A DNA stretch of 64,000 nucleotides from Azolla caroliniana (taxonomy: Eukaryota; Plantae; Polypodiophyta), in NCBI GenBank assembly GCA_043228905.1, contig JBHGNT010000007.1, positions 4,278,001 through 4,342,000 of the forward strand. The letters are read 5' to 3'. Under the pieces are notes generated by a model that worked only from the letters and a program-made list of their open reading frames with translations, made no database searches and was not told the origin of the DNA. Within the stretch, counting starts at the first letter, position 1; every line of letters begins with the position of its first letter. Shown here in pieces: positions 1 through 12,546 of the stretch. Position numbers and translations under genes: made by a program.

Positions 1-846
1 AGATGACCAGGAGTTCGCACTGACGAAGATCCACACGGCCGAGAACGGGTCAGATATGCTGACCAAAGTGCTGATACCTGATAAGCTGGATGCATGTCGG
101 AAGCGGATCGGACTAGTAAGACACCCCATGCCGGAGTGAAGGGGGAGTTTGTTGGAAGACAGGTCCCTCCGGATGGGAAGTGAGAAACCGGATGTGGAGG
201 ACCTGGCAACGGAAGACCCGGTGAGAACCGGATGAGGAGTACCCGGCTACGGAAGACTCAGTGTGAACCAAATGAGGAGTACCGGGCTTCGGAAGACCCG
301 ATGGGAACTGGATGAGGAGTACCCGGCAAGAGCCGGATGGTGAAGGCCCAGTGAGAAGTGCTCACCGGATGAAGGGACATATTCGTAAATATGTTTTTGA
401 GACTCCATCGGGGCTATATTTGTAAATAGACGAAAAGTCATATTAGTATAAATATGACTTAGGGCAAACTTAGTGAGACAAGTTGTCATTCTCCTTGTCG
501 CAATTGTGAGAGAGCAACCGTGTACATAGAGAGAGAGAGAGTGAGCTCGAGATATAGAGAGATTGTTGCCTCTGTTGTAACCGTCGCTTGTGGCGAAGAT
601 CGTGAGCACGAGGTCGTTGCCTCCATGAGCTCACTATTGTAATCATTGTGATATAGTGATAGTTTGGAGTCTCTGGACTCCCGTGGTTTTTCCCTCTCAG
701 GTTTCCACGCTAATATCCTGTGTACTCTTCTCTCTATTGTGTTGTGCATTGATTCCCGTTTTTCTGTGTTTGATTCTAAGCTTGGTTGTGGCCGAGCGTT
801 GTACTCTTCGGTTGTAGCCGGAGACTATTTCGCGTATTTTCCCACA
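1..846 (+). mobile_element. Ty1/Copia element C1, 3' end (RNase H C-terminus, PPT, 3' LTR 150-846)
   Basis: Reads ...KIHTAENGSDMLTKVL...RHPMPE* (stop about 139), then PPT GAAGGGGGAG, LTR starting TGTTGG at 150 and ending CCCACA at 846. Homologous to the C2 end (12835) and to the LTRs at 18019 and 35156. Confidence 0.9.
190..370 (+). repeat. About 45-bp tandem repeat in C1 LTR U3 (GGAAGACCCGGTGAGAACCGGATGAGGAGTACCCGGC, about 4 copies)
   Basis: Repeat units directly visible; fewer copies in the related LTRs at 35156 and 53842. Confidence 0.8.
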
Positions 847-865
847 ATACACACAAGGAGGACAA

Positions 866-926
866 GTGAGGATTCGAACCTTGCACCTCCTAGTTAAGAG
901 TTGGTAGGCTTACCACTAAGCCATGA
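866..926 (-). promoter_or_regulatory. tRNA-like Pol III type-2 promoter module in G1 5' LTR
   Basis: Minus strand: A-box TGGCTTAGTGG, B-box GGTTCGAATCC 43 nt later, D-stem GGCTT/AAGCC, loop CTCTTAA (tRNA-Lys CTT-like). Second copy at 6780-6840. Confidence 0.7.
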
Positions 927-1417
927 CATTTAGTTGAATTTATATTTCTATCATTATAGTTTTACATGGAAATTCTCATACATGAGAGCTAAAATGAGTG
1001 ATGCACCACATGGTTATCATGCACCACATGTAATACATGAGCGCCAAATGGCAAACATGCATTTTATGCATGTCTTGTACCCTCACATGCATCATATGCA
1101 TGAGAGCATCTATAAAAGAAGGGATTAAAAAGAAGAAGGGTTAGGCTTTTTTGGTTATGAAATTAAGAAGAAGAGAATTCGTTATTGAATTGATCGTGTA
1201 ACTTGTTTCTTAAAATCTAGAATCAAGAGTTCAATCTTAATCTCTCTCAATCTAAAGTCAAGCGTTCTATTCTATCTCAAGCTCTCTCTCTCTTTCAATC
1301 TAGCTTAAGTACTTTCTCGCTAAAGCTTGGACCAACTTCAAGTCCTTCCGGTCTAGAATCCCAGTGGTTCCGCCTCACGATCTGCGCGTAGTGACAGATC
1401 TTCATGACATAATTAAG

Positions 1418-1434
1418 TGGTGAACCCAACGTGA
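1418..1434 (+). other. Primer-binding site complementary to tRNA-Trp 3' end
   Basis: TGGTGAACCCAACGTGA; plant tRNA-Trp(CCA) ends TCACGTCGGGTTCA-CCA. Same PBS near 22620, 37836, 47612 and 57433. Confidence 0.85.
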
Positions 1435-1470
1435 AAGAGGCGGTAAGAAGGATCAAGCTGAGATTAATAC

Positions 1471-2768
1471 TTGGAGACGGCATCCTCAAGTAATCAAGCG
1501 GGAGAGCTCGAAAGGATGATGCTAATCGTCGAGCAAATGATGAGATCTCGGGACAACGACGCGAGCGTGGAGAAGGCTGTCGATCGTGTCGTAGAGCTCG
1601 AGGGCCAATTCGATGGAAGGAACGTTACGAAGTTCCTTGACACATATAGAAGGGAGATGAATCAGAGGGACGTGTCTGAAGCACGTCAAATCGCAAGCTT
1701 CAAGAGAGTTGTCACCAACAACATCCAAAGACGCGTCATCGATCTTGAAGAAGGTAAGACAACATGGTCCGAGTTCGAGAAAACAATACTAGCAGAGTTC
1801 GTGACTTAAGACTCAACGAGGATGACTCGACATGCCCTAATGAAGTGGATAGAGAAGAAGGATAAGAAGATGAGCGCCTCGAGGGTGTACAATGAATTCG
1901 ACCAGATGTTTAGTCATCTCCCCAACACAGACCAACTGTTGGTGAAGAGGACAAGACTTTGTACTTCCTGAAGGCTGTGGACATGAAGGATAGACGGGAG
2001 TTGGGGACTCTTCTTGAAGATGATACCCAAGCGAACGAGCTTGTGGCGGACTGGGTTGCGGTAAAGCGAGCATGCAATAGGCTCGACAAGCGTCGTCAGT
2101 GGGTTGATGACACCAACTTGGCCGGATCGACTGTTGTGGAGAAAACAAGACAACCGAAAGTAGCTGAGCCGCCCAAACAAAGCAGTCCGGAAGAAAAGAA
2201 GATTGATGACGACATCATTGAAGAGCTAGCGAAGAAGTTCGAGAAGGTCACGCTAGCCAACATGAATCGTCGGGGGCCCAAAGGAAAAGAACCCTTTAGA
2301 TGCGTGTGGTGCGATAACATGGACCACATGAGAAGGGATTGCGCGAGCCTTCGAGAGGCGATCCGACAAAATATCGTGTACATAGATGACAACATGATCT
2401 GCTCGAGCAAGACTAGAAGACCCCTACAGGTGAATTTCGGAAGAGGAGGAATGAAGAAAGCTATGGAGGATGTCGATGCGACTCATGTGAATGCGATGCA
2501 CTATGCTGTGTCGGCCGGAATAAGAGTCGAGAAAGACAGAAATGAAGCTGTGAAAGTGGGAGCCAAGTTTAGGTCTTCCGTTCTCGAGTATGAGAAGATG
2601 GGTAAGGTCACATCGAATGTGGTAGACCTTGCGGACCGAAGCATGCAAAGCATAACCGGGTGGTCGAATCCGGTGGACGACAACACCATACTTGCAGAGG
2701 TGATGTGCGACAACCACGAGGTGGTCGTCGAAGAAAAGAGAAAAAGAATAGAAGAGCAAGGACTATAG
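1471..2768 (+). pseudogene. gag: G1 gag (capsid plus CCHC zinc knuckle), disrupted
   Basis: FDGRNVTKFLDTY capsid motif; CVWCDNMDHMRRDC knuckle; stop at 1809 and a frameshift near 1945. Confidence 0.85.
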
Positions 2769-2863
2769 ACGATGCAGAGACGAGTCGACCTTTACAAACG
2801 GAGGAACGAGAATCAAGCCAAAAAGGGGAGCCGAACATATGAGTTGAAGAAACGGTTTGGCCC

Positions 2864-3637
2864 GTGAAGGTTGGTTTCAAAGACCCCGCTCAAAGGACAA
2901 GGACTATACCTACCTATAAGCTAAGGTCGGACATAAAGCAAACGACGGACCTAAAGAAGATTCTCGAAGAACGAGTTCTTGATAGCCATGTAACTTTGTC
3001 CTTGAGGGAATTGCTTGGCATTACGAAGGAGTTCCATGACACGATCGTGGACCTTGTAAAGAGAAAGAGACAACAATCAGACGAGGAAGAAGAGAAGCCG
3101 CAAAAAGCAGAATCGAATGCCATAACGATGGCAAGAGACGAAGTCGATGAAGATATGGTGGACAACCACTATACTCGACCTCATTGGGCACGAGCGACAA
3201 CAGAGACGCCGGTGAAGATCGGGGAGAAGAAAGAGACTGTGGTAGCTTTGATCGACCACAACTCGGAGATCAACCTCATGTCAACCAACTTCTACAAAAA
3301 AGGAAGATGGCCAATCAATACAAACCACGGATGGAAGGTTCGCGCGGCAACAAAGTCTACGGAGGACTTGTATGGAGCTTGTCCCAATGTCAAAGTCACG
3401 ATCGGGGATGTGGACATGGATCAACACTTCTTCGTGCAAGAATCGGCGTCGCATCCTGTTATCCTAGGGCAACCGTATATCATATCATCTCGGATGGAGA
3501 CCAAAGTGTTCGATAATGGAGCAGCCTTCGCACGAATAAAGAGTCTTGACAACCAAAGATTGGTCCAATTCCTAATGGTGCGCGCCAATCATGAAAGGAA
3601 TCAAGATAGTCTCGGAGGCGAATCCTCGGATTTTTAG
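2864..3637 (+). pseudogene. G1 aspartic protease region
   Basis: VALIDHNSEINLMS (DHGSE in G2) and VILGQPY motifs; ORF ends at DF-stop. Confidence 0.85.
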
Positions 3638-3690
3638 AGCGGACTATTGAAGCATGGGGCACAAATAGTCCGAGCAGACACAATACCCCA
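3628..3690 (+). promoter_or_regulatory. Putative -1 ribosomal frameshift signal (G_GAU_UUU plus pseudoknot) between PR and RT
   Basis: Heptamer 3628-3634, 5-nt spacer, stem CGGACTATT(3640-48)/AATAGTCCG(3664-72), loop TGGGG pairs with CCCCA(3686-90). The -1 frame is open into ORF 3703-4305. Confidence 0.7.
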
Positions 3691-3702
3691 CAAGAAAGAA
3701 GA

Positions 3703-6193
3703 GTGCGTGGATTGCGAGGAGAAGCAACATGTGTCACACCTAGTGGCGCATGTAAACTAGTACTACCCGACAAGAAGGACAAGCGTCAGATACAAGAATT
3801 CGAGAAGATGCTGAAAGAAGAAAACATAATAGAAGAAGGAGAGTTCGTGACTCATATTATGGAAGAAGCCTCATTTAACGACACTATCGGCGAAATTGAG
3901 GACGTCGAGGACTTGAGCTATCTTCACGACGAACGCGTGATTTCGGTTAACTCCGTCAACATGTACACTATCATCGATGAATACCGTCATGGCATCTCGA
4001 TGAAGGAAGCTGACATCAACACGAAATATAAAATGGTGGATAAGAAGATCAAGCCAATTGCGGTTCCGCTACACGAAGATAGCTGGCAAAAGATGAAGGA
4101 AGTCGCTAACGATCCAAGCTTAAGAGATCCGAAGACGATAGGTCATGTGTCTTCACCAAAGAGACGAAGGGGAAGCTACGAGTTGGAAAGGAGGATTTCC
4201 TTCTCCCTGAAGAGGAGCGAATGTTTCGCGATATGCTTGAGAGACATGGGAAGGCTTTCGCATTCTTCCCACGAGAAATCAGATGCGCCGACCCAAATGC
4301 TATAGAGCCGATGGTGATCTTCACGGTGCCTCATGTGCCTTGGAATTTGAAACCGATACCGATTCCGAGAGCACACCTTCCGAAGCTGATCGAGCTCTTA
4401 AAGGAGAAGGTGAGTTTGGGAATTCTAGAACCGTCGAATGCTCCTTATTCCAATAGGTGGTTCACGGTGCCGAAGAAGAATGGATCATTGTGATTCATCC
4501 AAGATCTTCAACCCGTCAACAAGGTGACAATTCGAAATGCCGGAATCGGTCCGAGCGTGGATGAATTTGCCGAAGCGTTTGCGGGCCGGTCCATCTACTC
4601 CATTGGCGATCTCTACTCCGGATATGACCAATTCCAATTGGCGATCGACAGTCGGGACATTACAACCATGAGGACTCCGATCGGGCTTGTGCGGATGTGT
4701 ACCTTACCCCAAGGCGCAACGAACTCGGTGGCTCATATGGTGAATGCCATGAATAAAGTCTTGAAGGATTGCATCCCGGACATCACGATGCCATTCTTGG
4801 ATGATATTCTGATAAAAGGATGTTCGGATGAGGAGAAAGATGAATCGAAAGATTAGGAAGGTTGTAGAAAGTTCGTTGCGGATCATATGAAAGATTGCGA
4901 GAAGGTGCTTCAAAGGCTCGAAGATGCGAATTTGACATTTTCGGGAGAAAAATCCGCATTCGTGCAACCGGAGATCTTGGTGGTAGGTCACTTATGTGGG
5001 GCATACGGCCGGAAGCCTTCACCATACAAAGTGAACGCGATCCAAGACATGAAAGAAGAATGCGAAAATCAAACGGAGGTTAGAGGAACATGGGCGACGT
5101 TGAAAAGTTGAAGGAGAAGTACTGGTGGCCAAGAATGTACAAAGATGTGCTCCATTTCGTGTCCACATGGGAAACTTGCCAAATATATTCAAATATACGT
5201 CATCGCGATGAGTTACAGCCGACATACCAACTCACCATACACTTCAAATGGATGGTGGATCTAGTCTCAATGCCAATGGGAGTGCGACAAATGAAGTACT
5301 TAGCGCTGGCAAGGAAAGACTTGACAAATCAAGTGGAAGGACGAGCCTTGACAAATAAGACGACTTCAGTTGTTTGCAAATTTCTGCTTGCAGAGGTTGT
5401 TTGCCGATACGGATGTGTGGGGAAGATAGTGGCCGACCGAGGGGAGTTGGATGGGCACGAAGCGACGGAGCTCTTCGAACAACTAGGCGTGAAGCTCTCC
5501 CTCACGACTGCCTTCAATCCGGAAGCGAATTGGAAGATCAAGCGAGGGCATGGACCTATCGTTAAAGCCATTGTACGGGCATGCAACGGTCGAGTCGGGA
5601 ATTAGCCACGACTATTACCCTATGCCTTGTGGGCCAATAGAACGACACATAGCTCGGTGACAGGGTATATACTGATGGAGCTTATGTATGGACAAAAGCC
5701 GGTTACGCCCATCGAAAGGACGATTGCCTCATGGGTAGCGATACCGTGGGAGAACGAGATGAGCCGAGAAGAGTTATTAGCGGTGCAGATAAAGCAACTT
5801 GAAAGAAGACCTGAAGATCTAGAAGAAACGTGAAAGATGATGGAGGTAGCCCGAGTAAAGAACAAAGTTCGGTTCAACAACACGCATCGACTTCGTCCTA
5901 AGAAGATTGAAGAAGGAGATTGGGTTTTGGTTTACGATAGAAGCCTTGACAATCAACACAGTACAACAAGAAAGTTCGCAAGAAGATGGTTCGGGCCATA
6001 TGTGGTGACAAGTGCCAACTATAATGCCACATACCACCTTGCGGAGCTAGACGGATCAAGGTTGGCCATACCCATTGCAAGAAAAAGAGTAAAGATTTTC
6101 AAGAAAAGACAAGACGAGAATCCTGACCTTGATCACCTCGACGATGAACATAATAGGGCGGATGTAAATGAAGACATGGAGGAATCTGATTGA
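3703..6193 (+). pseudogene. pol: G1 RT and integrase, fragmented; RNase H removed by a deletion near 5083
   Basis: SIGDLYSGYDQF, LPQGATNS, PFLDD (RT); QTEVR joined directly to GTWATL..KYWWP (integrase zinc-binding region); GKIVADRGEL; WFGPY. Confidence 0.9.
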
Positions 6194-7409
6194 TCACCAT
6201 AGCTGAAATCTCACTTTCTCTCTTCTTGGCACGTTCGGGAGGACGTGTGGTTTGGTGGGGGTGGATGTCGTGAAGATTTTCGGCAATGGTGTGAAAATCA
6301 CATAAAACTTACAAAATCGAGTGTGAATCACATAACACAATAATAGTGAAATATCTAAGTACAAAATGATGGAGGTCTTCAAGAGCTTTCGAATACACTT
6401 TATTACACGAGAAACAGATGTCAACTAGATGTTAAGATATGAGGATATAAAGTTTGTGAAAGGAAAAGAGAAAATTGTGAGATATCCCACATAGGCACGA
6501 CAAATACGGCTCTCATCATATATAAGGTAGAGCAAAAGTTATTATCTTTGTGTGTATGTATGGAGCATAGAGAGGTAACTTGAACTAAGAGTGGAGGTGG
6601 CCTAGCTACTTGTAAAGGTTTTGGCCAACCAAAACCGACCGACGATGGAGCCGGTGATCCGGTGGCACACTGGCAACCGGTGGCGCACCGGCATCTGGTG
6701 CCGGCGAAGCGACGGCATCCGGCGAGCCGGCGACCAAGTTAATAAATAAATATCACATATATATACAAAAGGAGCGCAAGTGAGGATTCGAACTTTGCAC
6801 CTCCTAGTTAAGAGTCAATAGGCTTACCATTAAGCCATGACATTTAGTTAAATTTATATATCTATCATTGTAGTTTTACATGGAAATTCTCATACATGAG
6901 AGCTAAAATGAGTGATGCACCACATGGTTATCATGCACCACATGTAATACATGAGCGCCAAATGGCAAACATGCATTTTATGCATGTCTTGTACCCTCAC
7001 ATGCATCAAATGCATGAGAGCATCTATAAATGAAGGGATTAAAAAGAAGAAGGGTTATGATTTTTTGGTTATGAAATTAAGAAGAAGAGAAATCATTATC
7101 GAATTGATCGTGTAACGTGTTTCTTAAAATCTAAAATTAAGAGTTCAATCTTAATCTCTCTCAATCTAAAGTCAAGCATTCTATTCTATCTCAAGCTCTC
7201 TCTCTCTCTTTCAATCTAGCTTAAGTACTTTCTCGCTAAAGCTTGTGCCAACTTCCAGTCCTTCCGGTCCAGAACCCCGACGGTTCCGCCTCACGATCCG
7301 CGCGTAGTGACGGATCATCACGACACCGTTATTTGCCATTCGAACCATTCCTTCCATGAGACTTAGCTCACATGCATTGTGATGTGAGATAGGGCATTGG
7401 GGCACAAGT

Positions 7410-8230
7410 GATGAGAGTGGTCAGCTATGCCTCGAAGAGTACACAGACACGGACTGGGCAAGCTATAAGGCTGGTAGACGTTCAACCTCCGTATTCGTTT
7501 TCTCTCTCAGCAGCGGAACAATCTCTTGGAGTAGTAGGAAGCAAACAATAGTCGCATTGTTGAGTACAGAGGCCATCACGGATCCAATTCGCCTCTTTTG
7601 CGACAACATGAGCAACATCTATCTTGCTCGAAACCCGGTGTTCCACGTGCGGACCAAACACATCAAAGTGCACTACCACTTCATTCGCAAGCGCGTTTAG
7701 GCCGGCGAAATCGATCTCCAACACATCAATACGAACCTTCAAATTGTTATGATCTTTACGAAGGCCTTCGGAGTTGACAAGATCAGGCAATTCGCATCGG
7801 ACCCTGGTCTCACAATCTCTACATTACTGAGCTTGAGGGGGAATACAAGAGGTGACAGGTAACTGATCAATAGATCCAAGCCAACCAGAGGAGTCGAAGT
7901 ACGACCAGCAACGAGCATGGAGCCGAAAAGCGAAACAACCAAGTTTGAAGATTTCGAAAGCCGGAAGCTGATTCATCCGCATCGAAGTATTTCGAAAACC
8001 GAACCAAACAACTTTTCGACATCCGGAAGTTGTGTTCAAAGGGGCGTGTTGAGAATCAAAGTCAACATCCCATAGAGATAGTGTTCACACTAGTCGGTGA
8101 ACATTGTACAAGGATATTTTTGTAATTAGTAGAAAGGGCACTTGCCCTAGATCAGTTGGTATTTAAACCAACCTTTTGTAACTTAGTTACTATTGGATGT
8201 AATATACAATTTTCTTCTTTAGAGCTCTCA

Positions 8231-8268
<38 letters not shown>

Positions 8269-8352
8269 TGCATCACGTGCACACACACTCACCACACAAA
8301 AGCTCATTGCCGCTGCATACCACCATCTACGCTTCTCATTCTTTACACTCAA
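7410..8352 (+). mobile_element. Decayed Ty1/Copia 3' remnant (RNase H plus LTR from about 8048)
   Basis: YTDTDWA..RRSTS..ISWSSRKQ..LFCDNMS..NPVFHVRTKHIKVHYHFIR motifs; purine tract then TGTTGAGAATC. Partial copies at 15270-15660 and 31280-31520. Confidence 0.8.
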
Positions 8353-9316
8353 GTGCATGTTAATTAATGTGGCTCTAAAAGGTTGTACATTGTATTATTC
8401 GACGAGGAACTTTGTCATGTTATAAAGAAACAATAGTAGTGTTTTACATCTAATCTCATCCCCTTCTACAAAGATAATCACTAGGGATATATTCAAGAAC
8501 TTGGTGCGATATTGGATGATATCATAAAATAGAACCACCATTTTACAAAAGATATAGGTATAAATGACTCGATTTCGGATACATCAAGTAGACTAATTAG
8601 TTGTTATAAGCTAACAATATTGATGTGTAGATTTGATAGATATATTTAGAAATTTAAACATTGTTTCGTTTGCAGAATCCTATTTCCACACTCACCTAGT
8701 AACAATTTCTTATCAATGTCATGGTTAATTCATTGTGGTGATGTGCTTTTAAGACAAAGTAAATCGTGACAAGACAACATATGTTAGACTATCGAGAACT
8801 GGGTGATTCGGATTGGAGACGTGCCTAAATCCTCATAGAATTTACATGACAAAGAGATACAAACACATTGCTTCTTTTGTTAAAAACAAATCCGAAGGAA
8901 ATGTTCGTATATAGATAGATACCATATATTCAATATCTTCATCAAAGGAAGGATGTGTGGACATGAACCAACCAACCGAAATAAAACTAAAAAGAGATAA
9001 ACAAACAAAAAGTAAAAACATTACAAAAAAGAGAAAGCACTTCCATATAAAAAGACCACACTTACATAAACCCCACCATGTACATATGTACATAGTCGCT
9101 GCCATGGAGAATAATACTACTACAAATAATACCTCTCCCATTGAGAAAGCTTCTTTATTTAGATGTCATGGAAGCTTTCTTTGTTTATTCTATGAACATG
9201 TGAATGACCATAATATAATGGAGAGAGGAAACTTACGCATGAGAGATAACTGAGAAAAAGAGCTTAAGTTTAGCCTAAATTCGCAACTTAAAATTTAGCT
9301 AAATCAGCCCTGCCCC

Positions 9317-9703
9317 CTAGGGATGGTTCTGTTGCTCTACCTTCAACACTTCCTTCATGGTATCTATGCAATAATTCACAAAAGACTGTGATTGCCCCAC
9401 TTGCTTAAGATACATCTGGAACGCAGTCAACGTCACCAACGTGAGTTGTTGATCATTATTTATTTCATTTTCGTAATAATACACCCACTTTATGCAAATC
9501 TGCCACTCCTGTTCCCAAGTTATAGGTATACTAACCTCTTCCTTCGCCTTCGTCGACCGCAACTTAAAATCTTCGGCTTTTATTTTCGATAACCCCTTTA
9601 TAAAATTATCCACATCACTCGCTATGTCACCAACACTCACAGACTTGCAAAGGAGAGGGGCGATCAACAGCAGGAGCAATAATAGATGTGGTTTCATGGC
9701 CAT
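9317..9703 (-). CDS. Orphan small secreted protein, 128 aa, copy A (intact)
   Basis: Signal peptide MAMKPHLLLLLLLIAPLLCKS; two Cys in the mature region; TATTTAAG box about 150 nt upstream; pyrimidine-rich 5' UTR; paralogue at 31775-32098. Confidence 0.75.
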   Translation of the reverse strand: MAMKPHLLLLLLLIAPLLCKSVSVGDIASDVDNFIKGLSKIKAEDFKLRSTKAKEEVSIPITWEQEWQICIKWVYYYENEINNDQQLTLVTLTAFQMYLKQVGQSQSFVNYCIDTMKEVLKVEQQNHP

Positions 9704-9854
9704 ATTTATTCTTCTTCAAGCAAAAGAAGAAGAAGAAGAAGGAACCACCAAAATTCTCAAGAATTCGAAGTGAGGTTTTTGTGTGAGTGTTTTTGGAAGA
9801 AAGCTTCTTAAATTGTAAAATTGAAGGTGAGTTTTTGAGTGTCTCCAAATGTGC

Positions 9855-9862
9855 CTTAAATA
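9855..9862 (-). promoter_or_regulatory. Putative TATA box of the secreted-protein gene
   Basis: TATTTAAG on minus strand, conserved in copy B (about 32250). Confidence 0.5.
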
Positions 9863-10119
9863 CCCACTCTTGTGTAAAAGCATCAAAAGAAGGTTTGGAT
9901 TCTGGCCTTCTCACTTCAAGGCCCATTCAAATTGTCTTGGTTTGATGAGTGGGACGTTTCAACAAGATTTGTCCTTCTATTCCAAAGAACTAAAATAAGA
10001 TGAGTGCGTTCATCTCGTTTCCTAGGATTCATATATGTTTCACGCGTAATGGCATGACCTTGTTCTACAAATATATCCAACCAAGGACGTACATATTCTA
10101 AAGCATATATTGCACTTTG

Positions 10120-10304
10120 TTTTTTAACCTTTAAATCTTTAAACCAAACCACGTATAACTAAAACCAATAAGCCGATAAACCACTAAACCATGAAATTCA
10201 AAACCAAACCGAACTTTTTATTTTATCTTCGAACCAATAAACTATTAAGCCACGGTTTAACGGTTCAATTCGGTTTGAGCGGAAACAGGGCCCATTGCTA
10301 CCTA
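10120..10304. mobile_element. Right half of a non-autonomous hAT-like element
   Basis: AAACC/AAACCG subterminal repeats, end GGGCCCATTGCTACCTA; complete copy at 32682-33242. Confidence 0.65.
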
Positions 10305-11538
10305 ACCGCTCATAAAATTTGAAAACGTTGTAGTCTTGTCTTTTAACTTTAAAATCATCCAAAATGTTCTCGTTCAATTGTGACATTTGACCAAATGTTG
10401 TTTTATTCCAAAGACCTAAATATATGATGAGTGTTAGTCTTGTTTCTTAGGAGTCTTACATTTTACGCGTAATTGCATGACCCCGTTCCATAAACATATT
10501 CAACCAAGGAGATATTTTAAAGCATAAATATTGCACTTTTGCATGAGATTTGATTGAACAATCAAATATTAACTTGACTCCATATTGGGATGACATCAAA
10601 TATATTTGGTCATTGCTCTACAAAAGACTAAATATGATGAGACTTTGTGTTGTTTTATAGAAGAAATATGTTACACCTAGTGTGTTCAATGAACTTTTTG
10701 GCCCCAATGGGAGTTTTATTAAACGTTGTAGATAATGGAATCTCATCGTACGAATTCATATCAAATCAAACCATATCACACCACACCATATAACACCTAT
10801 ACCTACGTGGTCATGCAAGGCAATAAATTATCACTACATGTCTAGAATGCGTTTTAGAATAGTCCGAAGAATTCTAAATACACTCTACAATTTTAAACTA
10901 TCATTTTACAATATTTCATGTATTCTACATGTTCTAAGAATTCTATGTATTTAACATTTCCAAACAACTCCAAAAAATAATACTTTAGAAACCTTAAATG
11001 TTAGGAAGCGTTTAATGTATTTTATATGTATTTAACTTATTTTATTAGTAAAATATGTATTCTAAGTATTTCTTAAAAATAAAACGTAGAATATTTTAAA
11101 AATACTTACCTAAGTATTATATGCCAATTATTCAACAACAATGAATATCATCTATATGTTAGTTTAATTTGCAAAAAGTTATACATATGTGGCTTCGTAA
11201 CTAGAAGGAGTATGTTGTTCAACTTTGAAAACAGATACCTTCCCAACCTTCCTAAACTCAAAAGGCAAGCATTGATTTTCTACACTCTCAAACTCAAAAG
11301 TATGCAATGAAGGCATGGTCGAGGGTGAATGTCACTTGCTCTTCACAAGCTTGGCATACAGTGCAATTCGTGCAAGATATGATAACATATTAAGTGGGAG
11401 TGATAACTTAAGTGCAATACTTAATAATCAAAACACCAACTAGTAGGTTGAGCTCATATGTGTATGCCTTCTTCATGGATAACGACTTTGTGATTCAATG
11501 TATGAATACCTCTTTTTAGGAAGGAGACACATATCAAG

Positions 11539-12120
11539 TGTTATCTATGGGACAAAAGGGATAAAGTGTGAAACGAATCTAGAGAAACGAGTAGGTAAAG
11601 GAGGTGAAAAAGACTCGACCGAGAATCAAGGAGGTAAACCAAATACGTGCAACCGGGAATGGAGGTCGAAAACAAGAAGAGTGATTGGAGCGCGCCAAGA
11701 GGAAACAAAAGCTATAAAAAAGTGAGCAGGACCAGGAAGAAGGGAGCACGGGATAAGTGAGGGAGATACCCCTATTATACTAGGAAGAGAGAACTCTAAT
11801 TGTATGTCTATTTTCTGTAAGAGAGAGTGAATAGAGTTTCGCTCGAGAGCCGTGTAATCATTTTATCGAAATCTTATTATATACATAATTGTGGGTCTAA
11901 TCTGGTCATGTCATCAATTATTCATCTGTGTTGTGGGATTTATCTCGCAATTTCAAGTACAATTCATAAGGCTAGTTGTGGCCATCTATTTTTCATAATT
12001 GATGAACTTGTGACATCCCTGTTTTTACATTCCTATGTAACCATGATTCCTTGACCCAATAACCCTAGGAGTAATCAAAGGTGTTATCTCTGAGGAAGAG
12101 ACAACACAATTTGGCACGCC
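11539..12120 (+). mobile_element. Tat-like 5' LTR (11539-12106) plus truncated tRNA-Arg-type PBS
   Basis: TGTT...AACA then TTTGGCACGCC; homologous to 33951-34518 and 60187-60757. Confidence 0.75.
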
Positions 12121-12232
12121 AAGTTCACGCTATGCAACACAGTTGTTACAAGCATGATCATATAATATCCCATGGTGCGAATTTATCATAGTATTCTATA
12201 TAGGTGGATAAAGTGTGAGGGTTAAATGAGAG

Positions 12233-12512
12233 TGTAAAGTAGAGAAATGCACGCGGAATATCGCTCGTCCACAACCGAGAGTAGTAAGTCACTTCTTCAA
12301 GGAATCAAAACACAGAAATGGAAAGAGGAGACTACACAAGAAAATGACACTGGATGTTTTACGTGGAAAACCCCAATAGGCAAAAAACCACGGAAGACTA
12401 CAGACTCTGAACTATCACTATGAAGAGAAAGGGGTACAATTAGAGACTTAGAGGCAACGACCTCGAGCTCTGTTTCTTCGCGCAGTGGCGGTTACAACAG
12501 AGTATCACTCTG

Positions 12513-12546
<34 letters not shown>

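Larger units (their letters stand above)
847..7325 (+). mobile_element. Ty3/Gypsy non-chromovirus G1 (Phygy/Selgy-like), decayed, RNase H deleted
   Basis: Partial 5' LTR 847-1409 (interrupted by C1), PBS 1418-1434, gag-PR-RT-INT remnants, PPT TGGTGGGGGTGGA, 3' LTR 6266-7325 (TGTCGTGA...TCACGACA). No chromodomain. Confidence 0.92.

Noticed and set aside
866-926. Functional tRNA-Lys gene
   Set aside because: Acceptor and anticodon stems do not pair; only the promoter boxes and D-stem remain.
9627-9926. 99-aa ORF overlapping the secreted gene, conserved in both copies
   Set aside because: Spans the TATA box and 5' UTR; conservation is explained by the recent duplication.
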